A DNA stretch of 64,000 nucleotides from Dehalococcoidia bacterium (GTDB taxonomy: Bacteria > Chloroflexota > Dehalococcoidia > Lucifugimonadales > CAUZJF01): assembly GCA_965237635.1 (NCBI GenBank), contig CBDEFX010000002.1, forward strand, positions 978,554 through 1,042,553, read 5' to 3'. Shown one piece after another: positions 58,213 through 64,000 of this stretch (its first letter is position 1; the number at the start of each line of letters is the position of its first letter). Both the position numbers and the translations under genes were made by a program. Under the pieces are notes generated by a model that saw only the letters and a program-made list of their open reading frames with translations, did no database searches and had not been told where the DNA came from.

Positions 58213-59355
58213 TCAGCGCGTCGGGCCCAATAGCTCCTCGCGCAGCCGGCGTATCACGGTCTGAAGCTCTGCCTCATCCAGGTTGAACGGGTCGACCGCC
58301 AGCTCATCGGGGGCGCCGAGATTGTGGAGGAATATCGGAGGGTCGCCGTCGGCCATCGCCGAATACACCTGGTCCCTGCTGGGCCCGTTCCACTCTCGGG
58401 TATACGTCATTAGCGCCGTCGGAATCAGGTAGCTGTGATCGTCATGCTCGATAGTCACCCTGAGCCCGGGAAACTCGACTAGGGCATCGACGACCTGCTG
58501 GCACATCTCACGATAGCGCCGCGTCTCCGCTTCCTCGTCTTCCTCGAGGAAGAGCTGCAACGCGATAAGAAGCCCTACGATCTCCTCTTTGGCGACCTTC
58601 ATGCCTCGCCCGATGAACTGACGCGGACTGGCGTTGGCCGATGCGGCCTCGATTAAGTCGGCCCGCCCGCATAGGATTCCGGTCCCTTGGGGGCCGCGGA
58701 CTCCCTTGCCTCCGCTGTAGATGACCATGTCCGCGCCCTCAGATATGTACTTGCGGAGGTTGGCCCTGGGAGGAATCGCACCGGCGGCGTCTATTATAAC
58801 CGGCACATCTCGCGCATGCGCCATCTCGCAGACCTGCTCGAGCGTGAGGGCGCGACGTGATATGAACGGGGCTAGGACGTAAGCGACCGCTGCCGTACGG
58901 TCTGTAAAGGCCCCCTCGAGCTGCCACGGATGGCAGCGACGGCCATCGCCGAACCCGACCAGCTCGGCCCCCGTGGCTCGGTAGAGCTGGTCGTAGGGGA
59001 ACCGATGGCTGTTGTGGATAAGGACCTCGTTCTTGAGGCCGGTGGTATCGGGTAGCTGCGCCATCTTGACCGGATCGGAGCCGGCCGTGCAGGCGGCCGC
59101 CTGTAGTATGAGCCCCCCCGCCGAGCCACTGGTCACCAGGCCCGCCTCTGCGCCCGTAACTTTGGCTATGGTCTCGCTAGCCTTCCTGTTGAGCTCTTCG
59201 ATGCTGACCATCACGGCGGCGGCCTGGTTCATGGACTCCATGACTTCGGGGCGGAGCTTGCTGCCTCCATACTGGGTGACGGCGCCCGACGCGCAGATTA
59301 TCGGACTGATGCCTATGGCGCGATAAACGGCTGCAGGGTCATCGTCGCGTGTCAT
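58213..59355 (-). CDS. SelA-like/DgaE-family PLP-dependent enzyme
   Basis: PIICASGAVTQYGGS, VTSGSAGGL, VIIDAAG, IYSGGKGVRGPQGTG, IGRGMKVAKEEIVGL; lacks the longer N-terminus of true SelA. Confidence 0.88.
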   Translation of the reverse strand: MTRDDDPAAVYRAIGISPIICASGAVTQYGGSKLRPEVMESMNQAAAVMVSIEELNRKASETIAKVTGAEAGLVTSGSAGGLILQAAACTAGSDPVKMAQLPDTTGLKNEVLIHNSHRFPYDQLYRATGAELVGFGDGRRCHPWQLEGAFTDRTAAVAYVLAPFISRRALTLEQVCEMAHARDVPVIIDAAGAIPPRANLRKYISEGADMVIYSGGKGVRGPQGTGILCGRADLIEAASANASPRQFIGRGMKVAKEEIVGLLIALQLFLEEDEEAETRRYREMCQQVVDALVEFPGLRVTIEHDDHSYLIPTALMTYTREWNGPSRDQVYSAMADGDPPIFLHNLGAPDELAVDPFNLDEAELQTVIRRLREELLGPTR

Positions 59356-59432
59356 GAGGTACCTCTGTCAGGTTTTCGGCGGCCCCTCTCACAGGGTAGC
59401 CTGGCAGATTATACCACCCGCGCCCGCTCGGT

Positions 59433-61650
59433 TTACTCGACAACCAGAGTCCCAGTTGTCTCGCTCTCCGCGTAGCGGATTGTGAACTCTCCGGCGGCAT
59501 TTGGGACGAAATCGAACGTGGTAATGATTCCGCTCATAACGTTCTGCCCGTCCGCCGAGGGAGTGTAGAAGGGCTCGATAGACACCGTGTCTCCTCCCCT
59601 TAAGGCAGTGTTGTAGAACCTGACCCGTATGTCCTTCTGGACGACGATCCTGTCGGGTATGATTCGACCGCGTCGGAGGTCGTGAATCAGTGAGAACTGC
59701 TGAAGACCTAGCTCCGGCGTTACTTCCCTGGCCTCTTCCAGGCTATCTACGACTATGAAATCGCCCTCATAGCCGTGTCCCACATTGTGCATCTTGAATT
59801 CTCCGGACTCGTCCGACGTGAACTCCTCTACACCCGAGGTCCCAGGAGGGAAAAAGTTCGTGCTTTGCAGAAAGGGCTCGATCCTAAACTGATTAACGTG
59901 CTCGCTATGCAGCCTCGTCATGAAGAGCTTCAACGGCACGTCCTTGAGAACCACGACTCTGGGTGGGAAGAATCCTCTCGCGGAGTAGTCCTCTATTGTC
60001 GCGATCTGCTGTTCCTTGGGAAGCGGGCCGGGGGCAGTTGCAGGAGTAGGGGTTGGGGGAACCGGAGACGGAGTCGGAGCAGGAGTTCGAGTCGGTGTCG
60101 GGAGCGCGGCAGTCTGAGTCGGCGTTGGGGGTGCAGGAGTTTGCGTCGGCGGCGTCGGAGCGGGAGTCTGGCCCGGGATTGTGACAGTAGTCGGAGCCGG
60201 CGCGACTGTTGGAATGGTCGTCGGAGTCGGAGTTGGTTGCTCAGCTACAACGGTAGGAGTTGGCGTAGGCTCGGGCGTCGCAGTCGTGGTGGGCGTTGCC
60301 ACAGGTGTCGATTGCGCTGCGGCTACGACCGCTGGCGTCGTCGTCGGCACATGCTCCATCTCCTCCATGTCTTCCATGGTAGGCGGCGGAGGCACGACTG
60401 CGGTCACCGCCTCTCCGCCTTCGGAGACCACGAACCAGGTCTCGCCTACGTTCTGCCCCAGGGCGTCGCCTGGTATTGGGTCAGCGGCAAAGTAGTACAG
60501 CGGCCAGCCGTTGAAAGTGACCTGGGTATACCCGTCCTCGCGGGTGACACTCCCCAGTGAGGCGCTATCCACACCCTCCTCGGCAACCGGATCGCCAACC
60601 GTCAGAAAAGAAGGCCAGGCCAGCGCGCACCCGCGCGTACATGTGGGCTCGGCTCTTTCGTCGTCGGTAAACAGGTACAAGGTGCGCCCGATCAGATCGG
60701 TAAGGATAGTCCCATAGTCCGGGTGCCGGGAGGTCGACGCCTTGGCGTTGCGCTGGATAGCCGCGCCGTGTGTAGAGAGGACGTACCAGATCTCGCCCGA
60801 GTTCTGACCCTTGGCGTCCCCCGGTTTCACATCCGGCGCAAAATAGTACAGCGGCCAGCCATTGTAGGTAACCTGAGTGCCGCCGTCCTCTCGGTCAATG
60901 CTGCCCAGCCGGCCAGCCGATACGCCGGCGTCCGCGACGGGTTCGCCCACTGTGAGTAGCGGGGGCCAGGCCCTGGCACACCCGGTGAAGCAGTTGGATA
61001 CATTCCGCTCATCGACGGTGAACAGGTACAAAGTACGTCCGCTGGCATCGACGAGAATGGTCCCCAGCTCAGGGTGTTCGGAGGTAGTCACCAGGGCGTT
61101 GTCCTGGATGGGGCCGCCGTGGACGGAAACCGCGAACCATATATCACCCACGTCCTGGCCCATTGCGCTGCCGAGCTGGGCGTCGGCGGCAAAGTAGTAG
61201 GGCGGCCAGCCGTTATACGTGACCTGCATGGCACCATCTTGTCGGTCTAAGGTGCCCAACGCACCTTCTGTCACTCCCTCCTCGGCCAGCGGGTCTCCAA
61301 ACGTCAACAGTGGGGGAAACGCCTCGGCGCAGCCTCCCGAGCATTTGGAAACCTTACGCTCGTCGTTGGTAGAAAGGTACAAGGTGCGGCCGGTAGGATC
61401 AGTGAGAATCGCCCCCAACTCAGGGTGATCCGTCAGCTTGATCGTGGCCGGCTCACTCGGCAGGATTAGGAGTCGGCTGGGTCGTCGGAATCGCTGTCGC
61501 CGCGACAGGTGACGGTACAGCAGGAGAAACGACAACCGCGGCCGGGCTCGGCTCGCGAACGGCCGGCGTCCGGGTAGGCTCGGTGGTCCCGCCACCACAG
61601 GCGGCTAAGAAGACAACGAATATGGCAGCGAGCGAGCCAATCCGCAACAT
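59433..61650 (-). pseudogene. Lipoprotein with three Lipoprotein_15 (COG4315)-type units, P/T linker and two cupredoxin-like domains; +1 frameshift near 61466
   Basis: RBS GGAGG and MLRIG..FLAAC lipobox in one frame; three GRTLYL..D and three (Y/F)NGWP.YYFA.D motifs in the next frame; deleting one A of CCTAATC joins them. Confidence 0.8.
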
Positions 61651-61721
61651 CCGTCCTCCATCCAGGGCTCGCATCTTACTACGCTCGAAGAGTCAGCGCC
61701 CGATGCCATGGGAATTCATCT

Positions 61722-62105
61722 TCACAGCGACAAGGACCGGAAAACGGCTGCCATCCCCATCTTGTCTATAGCGCCTGAGGCGATATCCACCATAGCTTGG
61801 TACAAACGCTGTTCCGGGTCTTTGATCGGCACGCCGTTGATCTCCAGAAAGACGAGGGCGCATGCGAGAGCCGTGCGCTTGTTGCCGTCGAAAAGGGGGT
61901 GGTTTCTCGATAAATGGAAGGCGTATGCGGCCGCCATCTCATAGAGGTCTCGATGCAGCCATTCTCCGCCGAACGAGGCGCCCGGCATGTCCAGGGCAGA
62001 CCGGAGAAGACCCATGTCCCGAATCCCAGGCCGGCCGCCATAGCGCTCAACCTGGTCGACATGGACCCTGACCACGTCCGCCAAGCGCAGGAATATCGGC
62101 GCCAT
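61722..62105 (-). CDS. doc: Death-on-curing (Fic/Doc) toxin
   Basis: YGGRPGIRDMGLLRSAL, NHPLFDGNKRTA. Confidence 0.92.
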   Translation of the reverse strand: MAPIFLRLADVVRVHVDQVERYGGRPGIRDMGLLRSALDMPGASFGGEWLHRDLYEMAAAYAFHLSRNHPLFDGNKRTALACALVFLEINGVPIKDPEQRLYQAMVDIASGAIDKMGMAAVFRSLSL

Positions 62106-62118
62106 GAGCCTGGGACCG

Positions 62119-62346
62119 CTAGTCGGCCAGCTTGCTCAGAGTGTCGCCGTGACGAGCGTTGACCCGGCCCAGGGCCTCGGTAACGCGTTCGTGTCGTTCG
62201 CCGTCCCGAGCAGGTGAGATTATCAGACTCTCGCCGTCGGTAACGATCTCCAATGGCGTGGTCATGTCGATATGCAGGACTTCCAAGAGCGCCTTGTCGA
62301 TGATCAGAGCGGCACTATTCCCATGCTGAGTAAGGGTCTTGATCAT
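62119..62346 (-). CDS. AbrB/MazE-fold antitoxin
   Basis: MIKTLTQHGNSAALIIDKALL..LEIVTDGESLIISP; directly upstream of doc. Confidence 0.9.
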   Translation of the reverse strand: MIKTLTQHGNSAALIIDKALLEVLHIDMTTPLEIVTDGESLIISPARDGERHERVTEALGRVNARHGDTLSKLAD

Positions 62347-62381
62347 TGTCCATCACCAAGATTTAGTGTGAGGTGCATCAT

Positions 62382-62396
62382 TGTATATACATTATA
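62382..62396 (-). promoter_or_regulatory. Extended -10 (TGcTATAAT) with adjacent palindromic operator TGTATATACA
   Basis: ATTATA at 62391-62396 on the plus strand; perfect 10-bp palindrome at 62382-62391 over the predicted +1 of the TA operon. Confidence 0.6.
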
Positions 62397-62654
62397 GCAC
62401 CACACGGGCCCACGACATTTCAGGCAGAATCTAGCAGCACGGTGACCGTCTAACTTCGTGTGCGGGTTTTCGAGATGTCTCCCTGAGTCCCGCATCGGGA
62501 CGAAGGGCCTGGGGTGGTTGGGCTCCCTCGTCCCACCAGCCTGCCAAGTACATTCAATCGGGTACTGCCTGCCTGTATGACCAAGTCCCCACCCCAGATT
62601 CTTCCCCCGACGCGGCGTCGGGGTCAGAAAACATTACGTTCCGTCCTCGTTTAG

Positions 62655-62897
62655 CTAGGATTCCAGCAGGCCCGCCACAGAGAGGTCCTCGTCGAGTTCA
62701 TCCCAGTGAATCCCTACGCCGTTTCCGATCAGTCGCCAGTTTTCTCTCTGGGCTTCGTTAGCCTGTCTCAATCGGGGGAACCACTCGATAGGCACACCTA
62801 ACTCCCGCCCGTCCACGAGGCGAACGTGCATCATGTCGCTATCGAACCACACCTGTGAGGCCTTGGCGTCAAGTGGCCTGGCTACCGAAGAACTCAT
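62655..62897 (-). CDS. DUF2442-domain protein
   Basis: MHVRLVDGRELGVPIEWFPRL..WRLIGNGVGIHWDELDEDLSVAGLL. Confidence 0.9.
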   Translation of the reverse strand: MSSSVARPLDAKASQVWFDSDMMHVRLVDGRELGVPIEWFPRLRQANEAQRENWRLIGNGVGIHWDELDEDLSVAGLLES

Positions 62898-63114
62898 CCC
62901 ACTTCTCCTTCAAGAAATCCGACTGTTCAAGAACTATCCGTCTCAATTCAGTTAGCTCGTGGCTCCTGAAGTTGGCTGAAGCAGCGAGACTGACTGGCGC
63001 AACCCAGAACTTTGCGTACCTGCCCGCCGCCTCGACATGGATGTGAGGAGGTTCATCCCGCTCGTTGCTGAAGAAGAAAAAACGAAACCCTCCTATCCTC
63101 ATGACAGTTGGCAT
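62869..63114 (-). CDS. DUF4160-domain protein
   Basis: MPTVMRIGGFRFFFFSNERDEPPHIHV..AKFW; overlaps the DUF2442 gene, the usual pairing. Confidence 0.9.
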   Translation of the reverse strand: MPTVMRIGGFRFFFFSNERDEPPHIHVEAAGRYAKFWVAPVSLAASANFRSHELTELRRIVLEQSDFLKEKWDEFFGSQAT

Positions 63115-63250
63115 GGTGGGTAACTCCCCGCGGAGAATAACATCGTCTATCTTTGCTGACAGCTAGTCAAGGTGCTCGTGTGTGAGGTCGGGGCTAGTCG
63201 TCTTGGTGATATCAACCAACCTACGACCGTTGTCAAAGGCGCACTGCGAA

Positions 63251-63429
63251 GCCAACGTTGATTCTCTCGCAAAAAGTCTGTGTAGGTCGAATTAGAACAA
63301 ACGTACCCACGTCTGGGTACAATATACAGTCTCTGTTCCGTATACTACCCCAACATACGGTATCGCTCAGATGTGCTAAATCTCTGGAACTTCCTCAAAA
63401 CGGATTTTTACGAGGGAATCAACGTTGCC
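63251..63429. mobile_element. 179-bp MITE-like element
   Basis: 24-bp inverted ends GCCAACGTTGATTCTCTCGCAAAA and (reverse complement) GGCAACGTTGATTCCCTCGTAAAA, 21/24 identical; AT-richer interior with no convincing ORF. Confidence 0.65.
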
Positions 63430-63435
63430 TAATTG

Positions 63436-63861
63436 TCAATCCAGCCTGTCGGCTTGGCCCCGGAACGTACGCACGTGCAAACCGCGTTTGGCGGCTTCTG
63501 CTTCCTCTAGGGCCTCGACCTGATCAACGCCCATACGCCACAGGCCGGCTGTGTTGAAGTTGTCATCTAGCTCAATATACATGGCAACATCAAACAGGTA
63601 TCCCTTATTGCGTCCGAAACGGCCTAGGCGCCCAGCGGGATTCACTTCAGGCGTCGTCCACGACTTCCTCGCCTTGATCTGGACGCGAAGCTCTCCCGAT
63701 CTAGCATCGTAGCCGTCTGACGGCTCCCACATCAGGTCCATCTTCTGGCACGCTGTAAGCTCTCCTATCAGCGGAGGCAGTTCTCGTCCCCCAAGCTCTA
63801 ACTCCTTCGCCGCTCTCCTCGCTGCTTGTAGGAGTCGTTCCTGCGCTTGAGTTAGCGCTAT
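63436..63861 (-). CDS. Small PD-(D/E)xK-like nuclease-fold hypothetical protein; start codon reads ATA
   Basis: Frame open back to AAGGAGG-caac-ATA; LIGELTAC..GYDA..VQIKAR pattern. Confidence 0.6.
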   Translation of the reverse strand: MALTQAQERLLQAARRAAKELELGGRELPPLIGELTACQKMDLMWEPSDGYDARSGELRVQIKARKSWTTPEVNPAGRLGRFGRNKGYLFDVAMYIELDDNFNTAGLWRMGVDQVEALEEAEAAKRGLHVRTFRGQADRLD

Positions 63862-63870
63862 GTTGCCTCC

Positions 63871-64000
63871 TTACATAACCACCATAGCGTCGCCGAAGCT
63901 GTAGAACCGATAGCGACGCTCGGCCGCCTCACGATAGGCCCTGAGTACCAGCTCCCTGCCGGCAAACGCGCTGGTGAGCATCAAAAGCGTAGAGCGCGGC
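63871..64000 (-). CDS. queA: S-adenosylmethionine:tRNA ribosyltransferase-isomerase, 3' end (runs off window)
   Basis: [35 protein letters not shown]. Confidence 0.95.
   Translation of the reverse strand, partial: PRSTLLMLTSAFAGRELVLRAYREAAERRYRFYSFGDAMVVM

Noticed and set aside
58213-59355. Calling this gene selA
   Set aside because: At 380 aa it lacks the N-terminal tRNA-binding extension of true SelA; motifs fit the SelA-like/DgaE group.
1-64000. tRNA, rRNA, tmRNA or an att site next to the recombinase fragment
   Set aside because: No cloverleaf or rRNA signature and no convincing long direct repeat recognised by eye; a tRNAscan-SE/Infernal run would be decisive.

Overview
GC-rich bacterial chromosome segment. 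The gene set and order (rplI-dnaB-dnaD-tandem dnaC, PAC2, SelA-like, GHL10-like, Ldh_2) suggest Chloroflexota (Dehalococcoidia/SAR202-like); this assignment is an inference from recognised protein families, not a search result. Housekeeping blocks: replication cluster, rpsP-khpA-rimM, TPP riboswitch plus thiBPQ, lhr, pheS/pheT, moeA, ilvE and the 3' end of queA. They are interleaved with lipoprotein/membrane-protein clusters, four IS elements (one single-ORF IS66, one IS256, two IS1380), a decayed mosaic island at 34.9-39.95 kb, a broken ABC-transporter region at 48.6-54.6 kb and a toxin-antitoxin cluster near the right end. Intergenic DNA is dense with several families of GTAG-type REP palindromes. 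Strongest unannotated signals: (1) a four-copy non-coding module with a sigma70 promoter, a LexA-like box and a terminator-like hairpin starting at the predicted +1, three copies of which also carry inverted 10-bp-phased repeat arrays; (2) a UGA-split DUF3179 gene that reads as a UxxC selenoprotein with a plausible SECIS; (3) a frameshifted lipoprotein joining three Lipoprotein_15-type units to cupredoxin-like domains; (4) a shared 8-bp target for both IS1380 copies; (5) a 179-bp MITE-like element. No tRNA, rRNA or CRISPR array was recognised.
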